Of a stretch of 64,000 nucleotides of DNA, positions 27,521-38,296 are shown piece after piece (position 1 is the first letter of the stretch; every line of letters begins with the position of its first letter). The notes under the pieces were generated by a model. The model did not search any database and was not told where the DNA came from. It saw only the letters and a list, made by a program, of their open reading frames with translations. The position numbers and the translations under genes were made by a program. Source of the DNA: Gammaproteobacteria bacterium (GTDB lineage Bacteria > Pseudomonadota > Gammaproteobacteria > Steroidobacterales > Foliamicaceae); assembly GCA_963665145.1 (NCBI GenBank), contig OY762064.1:1410403-1474402 (forward strand). The letters run 5' to 3'.

Positions 27521-28422
27521 GATTCGGCCGGCGCGTCGCCCGGCGCCTCTTCGTCGGGCTGAAGCGATGCATTTCGCAGCAGCAAGACCAGGTTGACGCC
27601 ATCGAGGTTTGCGGCAGGCCGGACGAAAGCCTCAAGAAAGGCCTGGCCGGTTGCATTGCGCACATCTTCCACGACGCCGACCCGCAGCCCGGCCGGGAAC
27701 ACGCCGGCTACGCCGGAACTCACCACGATGTCTCCCGGAGTCACGTCGGAGTGCGCCGGCATGTACTGCAACAGAAGGCGATGATCGGAACGGCCGGTGC
27801 CGTATGCAATAGCCCGCTGGCCGGTGCGCTCGAACATGACCGGCATGGCGTGATTGGCGTCGCTGATCAAAAGCGCATCCGAAGTGATCAGGTAGTCGCG
27901 CTCGACCTGACCGACCACACCTTCGGAATCGACCACCGGCTGCCCGACAAAGGCGCCCTTGCTGCTTCCGATGCTAAGCGTCACCCGATGACGGGTAGGG
28001 TCCGGATTGCCCGGAAGGGTCTGCGCGGTCAGGTTCTCGGATCCGAGCTGGGCGTTAAGCGAGTGCAGATGGCGCAGTTCCTCGTTCTCCGCCCTGAGCA
28101 TGGCCATGCGCTGAAGGTCCACGTCCTGTTCAAGAATGGTGGCATGCAGTTCTTCGTTCTCGCGCTTGAGCGACGCCTGGGAGCGCAAAAAATCCCTGGA
28201 GCCGCGAAAGCCGGCGGAGACGAGCCGGACCGCCGCGTGAATCGGCATCTTGACCAGCTCCCCCACGCTGCGCGCCTCCTGGACGGCCGGGGACTGCGCC
28301 TCAATCACGAGCAGGGCAAAACTGCACAGGCAGATCAACAGGCATTCACCGGCGCCGCTTGGTCCCTTTCGCTTGCGAAAGCGATCAGGCATCAGTCTTG
28401 TGGTCCCGCTACGCATTTCCAC
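27517..28422 (-). CDS. mreC: Rod shape-determining protein MreC
   Basis: 301-aa ORF with an N-terminal TM, a coiled coil (LKRENEELHATILEQ...LRAENEELRHL) and beta-barrel domains (GVVGQV, GVFPAGLRVGVV). The start is uncertain: GTG 28422, ATG 28416 or ATG 28392. Confidence 0.88.
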   Translation of the reverse strand: MEMRSGTTRLMPDRFRKRKGPSGAGECLLICLCSFALLVIEAQSPAVQEARSVGELVKMPIHAAVRLVSAGFRGSRDFLRSQASLKRENEELHATILEQDVDLQRMAMLRAENEELRHLHSLNAQLGSENLTAQTLPGNPDPTRHRVTLSIGSSKGAFVGQPVVDSEGVVGQVERDYLITSDALLISDANHAMPVMFERTGQRAIAYGTGRSDHRLLLQYMPAHSDVTPGDIVVSSGVAGVFPAGLRVGVVEDVRNATGQAFLEAFVRPAANLDGVNLVLLLRNASLQPDEEAPGDAPAES

Positions 28423-28472
28423 CGTCTTGATCCGCCGATACCTTTTGCATCAGCGCTACCCCATCGGAGGCC

Positions 28473-29540
28473 TCAAGCCCATTGCGGGCCGGTGATCTCG
28501 CTGGCGGAACGAACCGAGCCCTGGGTTTCGACGAGATGCCCGCAACCGCGCACCACGCAGGTCAGGGGATCCTCGGCCACAAAAGCCGGTACCGCCGCCC
28601 GCTCCCGAATCAAGGAATCCAGCTTGGGAAGAAGCGCACCGCCGCCTGCCAGCACCAGGCCGCGCTGACTGATGTCGGCGCCCAGTTCCGGCGGCGTATG
28701 GGCAAGCACATCGAGTACGGCCTGCACGATTTCCTCCAGCGTATCGTTCAGCGCGTCGCGCACTTCGTTGCTGTTAAGAGTGAACTGCGAGTGCAGTCCG
28801 CGCGACAGGCTGCGCCCGTGCAGCTTGATTTCCTTGATTTCCTCGCCCGGGTAGGCGCTGGCCACTTCGTGCTTGATGACCTCGGCCTGGCTGGGGCCGA
28901 TCGACATGCCATGATTGCGCCGCACGTATTGCACGATGGCGTCATCCATGCGGGTCCCTCCGGCTTTCACGGAGCGCGCATAGACCACGCTGGACATGGA
29001 CAGCACCGCCACTTCCGAGGTGCCGCCGCCGATATCAACCACCATGTTCCCGCAAGGCCGATGGACGGGCAGTCCGGCGCCGATCGCCGCGACGATAGGT
29101 TCGTCCACCACGAAGACCTCGCGCGCGCCCGCGTCGCGGGCGGATTCCTCGATGGCCCGCCGATCAACCGGGGTGGCGCCATGCGGGACGCAGATCACAA
29201 GGCGCCGAACGGCCGGGCGAAAAAACCCCAGACCCAATGCCTTGATAATGAAGTGCTTGAGCATCTGCTCGGCGACTTCATAGTTGGCAATTACGCCGTC
29301 TTTCAACGGTTTGACGATCTGCAGGTCGCGCGGAGTGCGTCCCAGCATGCCGAAAGCCTCGGCTCCGATCGCCAGCACGCCATCGGAACTGCCGCCCGCA
29401 CCCCTTCGAAGCGCAACGACCGACGGTTCGTTCAGGACGATGCCCCGTCCACACACGTACACCAGCGTATTTGCGGTGCCGAGATCAATGGCGAGATCAA
29501 CGGCCAGCCGTTCAACAAAACCACGGACAAAATTGTTCAT
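28473..29540 (-). CDS. mreB: Rod shape-determining actin homolog MreB
   Basis: ORF 28473..29900 trimmed to ATG 29540 (MNNFVRGFVERLAVDLAIDLGTANTLVY...), 355 aa. VVDIGGGTSEVAVLS, LAGGGALL. Confidence 0.95.
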   Translation of the reverse strand: MNNFVRGFVERLAVDLAIDLGTANTLVYVCGRGIVLNEPSVVALRRGAGGSSDGVLAIGAEAFGMLGRTPRDLQIVKPLKDGVIANYEVAEQMLKHFIIKALGLGFFRPAVRRLVICVPHGATPVDRRAIEESARDAGAREVFVVDEPIVAAIGAGLPVHRPCGNMVVDIGGGTSEVAVLSMSSVVYARSVKAGGTRMDDAIVQYVRRNHGMSIGPSQAEVIKHEVASAYPGEEIKEIKLHGRSLSRGLHSQFTLNSNEVRDALNDTLEEIVQAVLDVLAHTPPELGADISQRGLVLAGGGALLPKLDSLIRERAAVPAFVAEDPLTCVVRGCGHLVETQGSVRSASEITGPQWA

Positions 29541-29699
29541 CAAGCCAGCATTTTCCTGGGAGTGAAAACTCCTTCTACAACCTGCAAATAATAGCAGAAG
29601 GGGCGGTACACATATATATCGAGCCTCCTTCCCGGCTGGCGATTGCAAGCTGTTGGCAGGGATGCGATGATGGGCGGCTGCACCGATTCGAAATCGCCA

Positions 29700-30026
29700 A
29701 TGAACCTTCTCAAGACCCCGGAAAATACCGAGCCGGCCGAAGAATTCTCCGATGAGGAACTGCTGCGCGTGGCCCGACTCACCCGCCTCGCGCTGGAACA
29801 AGGCGAGAAGCAGGAACTGATCAGCACGCTTCGCCGAATCATCGGCTTCGTGCAGGTACTGCAGGAACTTGATACCGAGGGCGTGGAGCCAATGGTCCAT
29901 CCGCTGGATCTTGAGCTTCCCCTGCGCGCGGACGAGGTGACGGAACCCGACCTGCGTCAGGCCGCGCAGGCCTGTGCGCCGGATGTCGTTGACGGACTGT
30001 ACCGGGTGCCCAGAGTCATCGAGTAG
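29700..30026 (+). CDS. gatC: Asp/Glu-tRNA amidotransferase subunit C
   Basis: ORF 29643..30026. The core LLRVARLTRLALEQGEKQELISTLRRIIGFVQVLQELDTEGVEPMVHP is typical GatC. Start uncertain: ATG 29700, or ATG 29667/29670. Confidence 0.85.
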   Translation: MNLLKTPENTEPAEEFSDEELLRVARLTRLALEQGEKQELISTLRRIIGFVQVLQELDTEGVEPMVHPLDLELPLRADEVTEPDLRQAAQACAPDVVDGLYRVPRVIE

Positions 30027-30029
30027 CTG

Positions 30030-31508
30030 ATGGTTGATTTTTCCCTGGCCGGGCTGCGCCGCTCGCTGGATGCCGGCAAGATTTCAAGCCTTGAGTTGAC
30101 CCAGGCCTGCCTGGGCCGAATCGAGGAGTTCAACCCCGCTCTGAACGCGTTCCTGACGCTGTGCGGCGACTCGGCGCTTGATCAGGCGCGCCGGTTCGAT
30201 GCCGAGGACGGCAAGAGCGGGCCTTTGGCGGGCATCCCAATCGCACACAAGGACATCTTCTGCACCCGCGGGGTGCGCACCACGGCCGGATCGCGCATCC
30301 TGGATGAATTCGTGCCCCCCTACGACGCCACCGTGGTCGAAAGGCTGGCGGAAGCAGGCGCCGCGCTGATCGGCAAGACCAACATGGACGAGTTCGCAAT
30401 GGGCTCCTCCAACGAGACCAGCTTCGCGGGGCCGGTACGCAACCCCTGGGACCGTTCACGCTCTCCCGGAGGGTCGTCCGGCGGTTCCGCCGCCGCGGTG
30501 GCCGCCGGCCTGGTTCCGGCCGCCACCGGGACGGACACCGGCGGCTCCGTTCGCCAACCGGCCGCGCTGTGCGGGATCACCGGATTCAGGCCCAGCTACG
30601 GGCGCGTTTCGCGCTATGGAATGATCGCCTTCGCCTCCAGCCTGGATCAGGCCGGATCGCTGACCCGCACCGCGGAAGACGCGGCGCTGCTGCTGGACAG
30701 CATGGCCGGCCACGACCCCCGGGACTCCACCTGTGCACGCCGTGAGAGCGAGGATTACTCGGGAGCCCTGCAGGGATTGAAGGGACAAACGCTGAAAGGA
30801 GTGCGGGTGGGCATCGTAAAGGAGTTCATCGGCGAGGGCCTGGATGCCCGCTGCGAGCAGGTCTTTATGGACAGCATGGCAACACTGCGCCGCCTGGGTG
30901 CTGTCGTTACCGAGGTTTCGCTGCCGCGCGTGCCGCTATCGGTCCCGGTGTATTACGTGGTCGCGCCCGCAGAGTGCTCCTCCAACCTTTCCAGATTCGA
31001 CGGTGTGCGTTTCGGCCTGCGCGAGGGCGGCGCCGGGTCCCTTGAGGAGCTGTACACCCATACGCGCAGGGCGGGCTTCGGCGAAGAAGTGCGCCGCCGC
31101 ATACTGGTGGGAGGATGGGTCCTGTCCAAGGGCTATTTCGATGCCTACTACCTCAAGGCCCAGCGCGTGCGCCGGCTGCTCGCGGCGGACTTCGACCGCG
31201 CATTCGAGAGTGTCGACTTGCTGGCGGGGCCGACCACGCCTGCCCCGGCCTTCGGCCTGGGCGAGAAAATCGACGACCCCATACAGATGTACCTCAATGA
31301 CATCTACACCATCGCGCCAAGCCTGGCGGGATTGCCGGCCCTTTCGGTTCCCGGCGGATTGGTCGACGGGCTGCCGGTCGGGCTGCAACTCGTGGGCCGG
31401 CCCTTCGCCGACGCGCAAGTACTGCGCGCCGGGCACGCCTACCAGCTGGAGACGGACTGGCACCGGCTGTGGCCGCCGGGCGCATCCGCTCCCATCGCCC
31501 ACGCTTGA
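30030..31508 (+). CDS. gatA: Asp/Glu-tRNA amidotransferase subunit A
   Basis: 492-aa ORF with the amidase signature GGSSGGSAAAVAAG, KDIFCTRGVRTTAGS. Confidence 0.95.
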   Translation: MVDFSLAGLRRSLDAGKISSLELTQACLGRIEEFNPALNAFLTLCGDSALDQARRFDAEDGKSGPLAGIPIAHKDIFCTRGVRTTAGSRILDEFVPPYDATVVERLAEAGAALIGKTNMDEFAMGSSNETSFAGPVRNPWDRSRSPGGSSGGSAAAVAAGLVPAATGTDTGGSVRQPAALCGITGFRPSYGRVSRYGMIAFASSLDQAGSLTRTAEDAALLLDSMAGHDPRDSTCARRESEDYSGALQGLKGQTLKGVRVGIVKEFIGEGLDARCEQVFMDSMATLRRLGAVVTEVSLPRVPLSVPVYYVVAPAECSSNLSRFDGVRFGLREGGAGSLEELYTHTRRAGFGEEVRRRILVGGWVLSKGYFDAYYLKAQRVRRLLAADFDRAFESVDLLAGPTTPAPAFGLGEKIDDPIQMYLNDIYTIAPSLAGLPALSVPGGLVDGLPVGLQLVGRPFADAQVLRAGHAYQLETDWHRLWPPGASAPIAHA

Positions 31509-31522
31509 AGGAGAAGCGGAGC

Positions 31523-32950
31523 GTGGACTTCCAGGTTGTCATCGGGCTTGAGATTCACGTCCAGCTCGCCACGCGCAGCAAGATGTTCTCGGGCGCCTCA
31601 ACCGAGTTCGGGGCCGCCGCCAATACTCAGGCCTGCCTGGTCGATCTGGGGTTTCCCGGGACGCTGCCGGTTGCCAACCGCGAGGCCATTGCGATGGCGG
31701 CAAAGTTCGGCCTGGCGACGGGCGGCGAGGTAGCGCGCCATTCGGTGTTCGCCCGCAAGAACTATTTCTACCCGGACCTTCCCAAGGGCTACCAGATTTC
31801 CCAGTTCGAACTGCCGATCGTGCGCGGGGGGCTGGTGGAAGTCGCCGTCCCGGGCGAGCCTGCACGGCAGATCGAACTCACCCGGGCACACCTGGAAGAA
31901 GACGCGGGCAAGTCGCTGCATGACGCCTTGCCCAACGCCACCGGCGTGGACCTCAACCGGGCAGGCGCGCCGCTTCTGGAAATTGTGACCGAACCCCAGT
32001 TGCGCTCACCCGAAGAGGCCGGGGCCTGCATGCGAAGCATTCACCAGCTGGTGACCTGGATCGGCATTTCCGACGGCGCGATGCAGGAAGGGTCGATGCG
32101 CTGTGATGCCAATATTTCTCTGAAGAAGCCGGAAGACCGGGAGCTGGGCACCCGCACGGAAATCAAGAACCTCAACTCCTTCCGCTTCGTCGAGCGCGCC
32201 CTTCACAGCGAGATCCGGCGCCAGACCGAAGTGCTTCGCGGCGGCGGCTCAGTCGCGCAGCAGACCCGCTTGTACGACTCCAGGCTGGACACCACACGCC
32301 CGATGCGCGACAAGGAGGAGACCAACGACTACCGTTACTTTCCCGATCCCGACCTGCCGCCGCTCACGCTGGAGCCGGGATTCCTGGAGGAATTGCGAAG
32401 CACCCTGCCGGAGCTGCCGCGCGAACGGCGCAATCGCTTCGAGGCCGAATACGGCCTGGCCGCCGACGATGCCCGCCGGGTCAGCGAAAGCCACGCAATG
32501 GCCGACTATTTCGAAGCCGCCGGCAAGACCTGCGGCGACATGCTGCTGGCAGCCCGCTGGGTGACCGGCGACCTGGCCGCGGCGCTGAACCGGGACGGCC
32601 TGGACATCGCCGCCAGCCGGGTCAACGCCGCCGAACTGGGGGTTCTGCTCAAGCGTCTGCGCGAGGGCGTGCTGTCCGGAAAACTGGGCAAGGAGGTATT
32701 CCAGGCGATGTGGGCCGGCGACGGTGGTGCTGACGAAATCATCGCCGGTCGTGGGCTCAGGCAGATTTCCGATACGGGGGCCCTCAAGAGCATCGTCGAG
32801 GACGTAATCGAGCGTCATCCGGAACAAAGACAGCAGTACCGGGACGGCAACGCCAGGGTGCTGGGGTTCTTCGTGGGCCAGGTAATGCGCGCCAGCAAGG
32901 GCCAGGCCAACCCGCAAGTCGTCAACCAGTTGCTGCGCAAACTGCTGTAG
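31523..32950 (+). CDS. gatB: Asp/Glu-tRNA amidotransferase subunit B
   Basis: ORF 31469..32950 trimmed to GTG 31523 ([15 protein letters not shown]), with AAGGAGA upstream. 475 aa. Confidence 0.93.
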   Translation: MDFQVVIGLEIHVQLATRSKMFSGASTEFGAAANTQACLVDLGFPGTLPVANREAIAMAAKFGLATGGEVARHSVFARKNYFYPDLPKGYQISQFELPIVRGGLVEVAVPGEPARQIELTRAHLEEDAGKSLHDALPNATGVDLNRAGAPLLEIVTEPQLRSPEEAGACMRSIHQLVTWIGISDGAMQEGSMRCDANISLKKPEDRELGTRTEIKNLNSFRFVERALHSEIRRQTEVLRGGGSVAQQTRLYDSRLDTTRPMRDKEETNDYRYFPDPDLPPLTLEPGFLEELRSTLPELPRERRNRFEAEYGLAADDARRVSESHAMADYFEAAGKTCGDMLLAARWVTGDLAAALNRDGLDIAASRVNAAELGVLLKRLREGVLSGKLGKEVFQAMWAGDGGADEIIAGRGLRQISDTGALKSIVEDVIERHPEQRQQYRDGNARVLGFFVGQVMRASKGQANPQVVNQLLRKLL

Positions 32951-32963
32951 AGAACCACCGACC

Positions 32964-33671
32964 ATGGCGCCGTCCGCGATTCGCACCCGGGACCTGACTC
33001 GGACCTACCGGATGGGCGCCGACACCGTGGTGGCGCTGTCGCACGCCAGCCTTGCGGTCCGGGCGAACGAGTATGTCGCCGTTACCGGTCCGTCCGGCTC
33101 CGGCAAGTCCACGCTGATGAACCTGCTGGGCTGCCTGGAGACGCCCACTTCGGGCGACTACTGGTTGAACGGGGTGCACGTCTCGCGAATGAACGGCCGT
33201 GAGCTGGCGCAGGTGCGCAACCGTCAAGTCGGGTTCGTGTTCCAGACCTTCAACCTGCTGGAACGCTGCACGGCCCTGCAGAACGTCGAGGCGCCGCTGA
33301 TCTATGCGCGGATGCGGCGGCGGGAACGGCTGAAGCGGGCCGCCGAAGCGCTGGAACGAGTGGCGCTCTCCAATCGCGTTGCGCATCGGCCCAGTCAACT
33401 CTCCGGTGGGCAGCGGCAACGGGTCGCCATCGCGCGCGCCCTGGTGACAAGGCCCAGCATCCTGCTGGCGGATGAGCCCACGGGCAATCTGGATTCCGCC
33501 ACCGGAGAGGAAGTCCTGAACCTGTTTGACTCGCTGCACGGCGACGGGCACACCCTGATCGTGGTGACCCATGACGCCGGCATCGCGGACCGGGCGCAGC
33601 GCCGGATCGAGATGCTGGATGGGCGGGTAACATTCGACACGGGAAACCGCGCAGGAAACGGCAGCCAGTGA
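32964..33671 (+). CDS. ABC transporter ATP-binding protein (MacB/LolD-like ATPase)
   Basis: 235-aa ORF: [33 protein letters not shown]. Confidence 0.9.
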   Translation: MAPSAIRTRDLTRTYRMGADTVVALSHASLAVRANEYVAVTGPSGSGKSTLMNLLGCLETPTSGDYWLNGVHVSRMNGRELAQVRNRQVGFVFQTFNLLERCTALQNVEAPLIYARMRRRERLKRAAEALERVALSNRVAHRPSQLSGGQRQRVAIARALVTRPSILLADEPTGNLDSATGEEVLNLFDSLHGDGHTLIVVTHDAGIADRAQRRIEMLDGRVTFDTGNRAGNGSQ

Positions 33672-35128
33672 CATCATGCATTCCGAAACCGCTCGCCGGG
33701 GCCATGTCAGGCCTTGCGCTGTTCGTGTGCGGCTGCGCCGAAGAGCCGGCGCCCGAGCCGCAGGCCTATGACCAGGCGCCCGTGGAATTGCGCGACATCC
33801 GCGTATTCGTGGAGGCTGCAGGGGCCGTGGAGCCGTTGCGCACCGTGGAGCTCAAGTCCAAGGCCTCCGGCGAAATCCTCACCATCAACGCCGAGAACGG
33901 CGACTGGGTCGAGCGCTCCACCCTGCTGGTGCAGATCGACAAGCGGATCCCCACCAACAACCTGTCGCAGGCCGAAGCCGCCCTGAAAGCCGCCGAGTCG
34001 CGCCGCTCCATCGCCCTGTTGCAGATGGAGCGCGCCGAGAAACTGGTCAGCGACAACACCATCACCGACAGCGAATTCGAGGAAACGGCGCTGGCGCTGT
34101 CGGAAGCCGAGGCGCAGTTGGTACGGGCGCGCGTGGACGTGGAGAACGCCCGCATCGCGCTGGACGACACCGACGTGCTGGCGCCGATCGACGGCACCAT
34201 CATTGAGCGCAACGTGGAACCGGGGCAGGTGATCTCCTCGCCGACCCAGGACGTCGGGGGCGGCACCCTGCTGCTGCGCATGGCCGATCTGCGCCGGGTG
34301 CTGGTGCGCACGCGGGTCGACGAGACCGACATCGGCAAGATCAGCGCCGGCATGCAGGCCCAGGTCGGCGTGACGGCGTATCCCAATCGGGAGTTTTCCG
34401 GCCTGGTGGAGAAGATCGAGCCGCTGGCCGTGGTGGAGCAGAACGTCACCATGTTTTCGGTGCTGATACTGCTGGACAACCCCGAGTCACTGCTGCTTCC
34501 CGGCATGAACGCCGAAGTGGAAATCAAGATTGCCGAGGAACTGCAGGCCCCGGCCGTGCCGATGGCCGCCTTGCGCACGCTGGACGATATTGCGGCCACG
34601 GCCGACATGTTGAACTGGCCGTACAGCAACCTTCATGACGCGGTGATGAAGGAAAAGGGCGAGTCCGGAAGCGAGGAACAGGCCGAATCGCCCACCGCGC
34701 AGCGCCCCGATTTCGGCGCCATGGCCCGGCAGCAGAATCGCGGCGGCGAACGGCCGCAACTGACCGCCGAGCAGCGCGAGACGATGCGGCGCGCCATGCG
34801 GGAAGCGATGCGCAACCAGCCGCGGGGCGTGGGACGCCCCTGGTCCGGCGGCGCCAGGCCCGGCGGTCCACAGCGCGGGCGGCCCTCAGACGGCCGGCAG
34901 GACTACGACTTCAGCGCAGAGTACTGGGTCCTGGTGATGCGCGATTACGGGCCGGAGCCTGTTTGGGTGCACACGGGCTTAAGCGATTTTGAATTCTCCG
35001 TCGTGCGGACGGGGTTGAAGGAGCGTGAAAAGGTCCTGTTGCTGCCGAGCACCGGGCTTTACGAATCGCAATCGAACCTGCGCAACTGGATGCGCCGCCG
35101 CTCCGGAGGGCTTCCGGGCATCGGCTAG
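33668..35128 (+). CDS. Efflux periplasmic adaptor lipoprotein (HlyD/MacA family) with Arg/Gly-rich insertion
   Basis: 486-aa ORF with a lipobox (LALFVCGC), biotinyl-lipoyl and coiled-coil segments, and an [16 protein letters not shown] hairpin. A ~90-aa low-complexity segment ([56 protein letters not shown]) precedes the last beta-domain. 4-nt overlap with the ATPase gene. Confidence 0.85.
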   Translation: MTSCIPKPLAGAMSGLALFVCGCAEEPAPEPQAYDQAPVELRDIRVFVEAAGAVEPLRTVELKSKASGEILTINAENGDWVERSTLLVQIDKRIPTNNLSQAEAALKAAESRRSIALLQMERAEKLVSDNTITDSEFEETALALSEAEAQLVRARVDVENARIALDDTDVLAPIDGTIIERNVEPGQVISSPTQDVGGGTLLLRMADLRRVLVRTRVDETDIGKISAGMQAQVGVTAYPNREFSGLVEKIEPLAVVEQNVTMFSVLILLDNPESLLLPGMNAEVEIKIAEELQAPAVPMAALRTLDDIAATADMLNWPYSNLHDAVMKEKGESGSEEQAESPTAQRPDFGAMARQQNRGGERPQLTAEQRETMRRAMREAMRNQPRGVGRPWSGGARPGGPQRGRPSDGRQDYDFSAEYWVLVMRDYGPEPVWVHTGLSDFEFSVVRTGLKEREKVLLLPSTGLYESQSNLRNWMRRRSGGLPGIG

Positions 35129-35147
35129 GGGCGTACTCGCAGTCCGG

Positions 35148-36653
35148 CTACAGGTAGTCGAGCATCTCGATCGCGGCCCGTTCGCCGGATTCCATGGCGC
35201 CCTCCATGCCGCGATTCAACTGCGCGGTGTGCTCGCCCGCAAAATGTATGCGGCCGTGCGGCTGGGCGACGTTCTCGGCAAAGCGGGTGATCTGCCCGGG
35301 CTTCCAATAGGCGTAGGCGCCGCCGGCAAAGGGATTGTTGGACCATTTCCACAAGTGCACCGGCCTTATGGCGCCATTAAGCGACGGGCGCAGGCGCAAT
35401 AATTCCGCCGTGACCCGGGCGATGGCGGCTTCGTCTTCCATGTGGGCGAGTCTTAGTGCGGAATGGCCGTTGATGTAGGCCAGGCAACTGGTCACCGCCT
35501 CGGGATTGCCGGGATCGTTCTTCAGCGCCATGAACCGGCCGGGCAAGGCATCGGTCCACATGCTCGGCGCCATCCCGTCGTCCTCGTGGTAGGGCCGCTC
35601 TACCGCATAGTGAACCTGCAGACAGGGTGTATAGCCCAGGTTGTCGATCGCGTCCTGCTGCGCCGGCGGAGGCGCCGGGTCCAATGCCATTCTCCGAAGC
35701 GCCGCGAACGGCATTGCAATGACCGCACGGCGGGCCCTGAGCCTGCGGCCGCCCTCAAGCCGGACCTGCACCAGGTCATTCTCGCTTGCAATCGCCGCAA
35801 CCGGACTGCTCAACAACAGATCTCCCGCCAGACCGTTGGCCATTGCCTCGGGAATGCGCTGATTACCGCCTTTCGCGGCCCCGCCGCCGTCCGGCCAGTT
35901 CATCTGATAGAACACGTTGCTGATGACATGAAACATCATCAGTGCGGAGAGGTCGTGATGATCGGTGCCGTAGCCCGAATTGAGGCCGGCGCCGAGTTCA
36001 ACCGCCGCTTTCGCCAGGCCCGCCTCGGTGAGCACCTCGCCGATCGGCCGGTCCCACGAGGCAAACTCGGGCCGCCGCCAGGCGCCCAGGTCCGATTTCG
36101 GGAACGGGTTGAGTTCCGTGTAGACCTGGTAGGGAGGCCGCGACGGCGGCATCTGCCGGGCCCACTCCTGCCGGTACGGATTCAGCGCATGACCCGGCCA
36201 ATCCTCCTCGCTGATCAACTGGTCCCGGATGCAGAACAGCATCTCACCCTCGCGGGGCTCGGTGCGCGGGCGCATCGGCCCGATCTCGACTCCGTACTGT
36301 CTGGCAGCGCTCAGCAGTCGCGCATAACCTCCTCCGATACCGTTTGCGCCCAGTTCCGGATACCCGGGAACGACTTCGTCCGCAACCGTATGGACACGGC
36401 CGCCTACCCTGGAGGTCGCCTCCACCACCATCACGCGTACGCCCAGCTCTTCCAGCACAAGCGCCGCGTTCAGCCCGGCAAGGCCGGCGCCGATAATAAT
36501 CACCTCCGCATCCAGGCCGCCCCCGGCCTGAGCACCCTGCAACGCGCGCGGCAGCAACCAGGCGCCGGCCAGTGCGGTGCCACCAGCGAGAAACCGCCGG
36601 CGCGCAGTGCGCCCGACGATCTCCCGCGCTGCTTTATTCGGCTTCCTGATCAT
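35148..36653 (-). CDS. Flavin-containing amine oxidase family protein with twin-arginine signal
   Basis: ORF 35148..36692 (GTG); ATG 36653 gives 501 aa. Tat motif RRRFLAGGTALAGAWLL, FAD Rossmann VIIIGAGLAGLNAALVLEELG...GGRV, C-terminal HFAGEHT...MEGAMESGERAA. Confidence 0.85.
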   Translation of the reverse strand: MIRKPNKAAREIVGRTARRRFLAGGTALAGAWLLPRALQGAQAGGGLDAEVIIIGAGLAGLNAALVLEELGVRVMVVEATSRVGGRVHTVADEVVPGYPELGANGIGGGYARLLSAARQYGVEIGPMRPRTEPREGEMLFCIRDQLISEEDWPGHALNPYRQEWARQMPPSRPPYQVYTELNPFPKSDLGAWRRPEFASWDRPIGEVLTEAGLAKAAVELGAGLNSGYGTDHHDLSALMMFHVISNVFYQMNWPDGGGAAKGGNQRIPEAMANGLAGDLLLSSPVAAIASENDLVQVRLEGGRRLRARRAVIAMPFAALRRMALDPAPPPAQQDAIDNLGYTPCLQVHYAVERPYHEDDGMAPSMWTDALPGRFMALKNDPGNPEAVTSCLAYINGHSALRLAHMEDEAAIARVTAELLRLRPSLNGAIRPVHLWKWSNNPFAGGAYAYWKPGQITRFAENVAQPHGRIHFAGEHTAQLNRGMEGAMESGERAAIEMLDYL

Positions 36654-36761
36654 CGAATGACAGTTCCTCCACAAGGAAATCGACTCTATCACGGGGGCCG
36701 ATGCGCCAGGTCGCGGCTTTCAGGTATATTCCTTCAACCACTGCCGCAGGAAGGGAAGCAA

Positions 36762-38267
36762 GTGTTCAATCGCACAAATCCGGCGCAACACCGGGGGCCA
36801 TCCATCAAGACCGGGCGCTACTCGCGCAGGCGCTTCATCGGTTCCGGCGCATGCGCACTGGCGGTGGCCGGGCTGCCGGGCGTGTCCCGCGCCGTCACGA
36901 ACTACAAGGGACTCGACACCATTGTTGTGGGCGCCGGTCTGTCCGGCCTGAACGCCGCCTGCATCCTCCAGGAGCAGGGGCTCAACGTCCTGACACTGGA
37001 AGGCCGCAACCGGATCGGCGGGCGCGTCTACACGCTGATGGATGTGCCCGGCAGACCGGAAGCCGGTGGCGAATGGATGGGCGCCAACTACGCCCGCATG
37101 ATCGACACGGCCAACAGACTGGGCCTGGAAATGCTGGGGCCCGACGACGTCAATGACATCAGGGAATGGTGCTACCGCATCCGGGGCGAGTACATCCTCG
37201 CCTCGGACTGGGAAAGCCATCCGCTCAACCCCACGGTGGGCGACGACCGGAGGATCTTGCCCCACCGCATGCTGTTCGAGCTGTCGCACAAGAACAACCC
37301 GCTTTCCGGCCAGCCCCTGGATGCCTGGATCACCCCGGAATTCGCGCGCTTCGACATTCCCCAGACGCACTATCTGAAGGAATACCTCGGATTCAACGAG
37401 GAAACCATTCGCCTAATGAACGTTGTGATCCACACGGACCACATGGACAACACCTCCGCGCTGCATGAAATACGCCGCTATGCGGTAGGTGAGTTCAATG
37501 CCTCGCGAGCCCTGGCCAACGCCGGCCAGCCCGCCTGGGTGCAGATCAAGGGCGGCAACTCACGCCTGCCCGAAGCCATGGCCGCTTCCCTGGCGAACCC
37601 GGTGGAACTGAACAAGACCGTCTATGCCTTCGAGGACAAGGGCAAGGAAGTCACCGTGCATTGCATGGACGGCACGAGCTATACGGCCCGCCAGGTCATC
37701 TGCTCGACTCCCTATCCGGTCCTGCGCAAGGTGAAATTCTCGCCACGCCTGCCGGAACGGATGGAGAGGGCGATCGATGAAATCGACTACGGCACCTCCA
37801 TCCAGGTGCATTTCCTGCTCAGGAAGCACTTCTGGGAGCAGGACGAAATGCCGGCCAGCATGTGGACCGACGAACCGTTCGAGCGCTTCGCCGTCCATCG
37901 CCGGGGACCGAACGGCGAGCCTACCTCCGCAGTAGCCTTCATCAATGGCAACGAAGCCTACAAGTACGATTTCATGACCGACGAGCAGGTTACGCAATTC
38001 ACCATGCAGGCACTGGAACGCGCAAGGCCGTCTCTGAAAGGCGCACTTCAGCCGATCGGAATTCAGTCCTGCCATCGTGAGGTCCACGGCGGCGGCGACT
38101 GGGTGTTCTGGCGTCCCGGACAGGTCTCGGCGTTTGCCGCGCATATGCGCGAAGCCCACGGCAATGTTCATTTCGCCGGAGAGCACACTGCGCTGATGGA
38201 GCGCGGCATGGAAGGGGCGTTCGAGTCGGGCGAACGCGCCGCGGTGGATGTTCTGCTTCGCTCTTAA
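36762..38267 (+). CDS. Flavin-containing amine oxidase family protein with twin-arginine signal (paralog, divergent)
   Basis: 3' part of ORF 35463..38267. Start at GTG 36762 with AAGGGA 5 nt upstream, giving 501 aa. Tat motif SRRRFIGSGACALAVAGL, TIVVGAGLSGLNAACILQEQG...GGRV, HFAGEHT...MEGAFESGERAA. Confidence 0.85.
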   Translation: MFNRTNPAQHRGPSIKTGRYSRRRFIGSGACALAVAGLPGVSRAVTNYKGLDTIVVGAGLSGLNAACILQEQGLNVLTLEGRNRIGGRVYTLMDVPGRPEAGGEWMGANYARMIDTANRLGLEMLGPDDVNDIREWCYRIRGEYILASDWESHPLNPTVGDDRRILPHRMLFELSHKNNPLSGQPLDAWITPEFARFDIPQTHYLKEYLGFNEETIRLMNVVIHTDHMDNTSALHEIRRYAVGEFNASRALANAGQPAWVQIKGGNSRLPEAMAASLANPVELNKTVYAFEDKGKEVTVHCMDGTSYTARQVICSTPYPVLRKVKFSPRLPERMERAIDEIDYGTSIQVHFLLRKHFWEQDEMPASMWTDEPFERFAVHRRGPNGEPTSAVAFINGNEAYKYDFMTDEQVTQFTMQALERARPSLKGALQPIGIQSCHREVHGGGDWVFWRPGQVSAFAAHMREAHGNVHFAGEHTALMERGMEGAFESGERAAVDVLLRS

Positions 38268-38296
38268 GCCCCGGCGCCTCCATCCGGAGTCAATGC

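Noticed and set aside
36725-36730. TATATT hexamer in the amine-oxidase divergent region as a -10 box.
   Set aside because: No acceptable -35 lies at 16-18 nt. A single hexamer is insufficient, so it is not reported as a feature.
35463-36761. N-terminal 433 codons of the 934-aa ORF 35463..38267.
   Set aside because: This part is antisense to the first amine oxidase and has no motifs. The recognisable protein (Tat signal plus FAD fold) begins at GTG 36762 behind an RBS.
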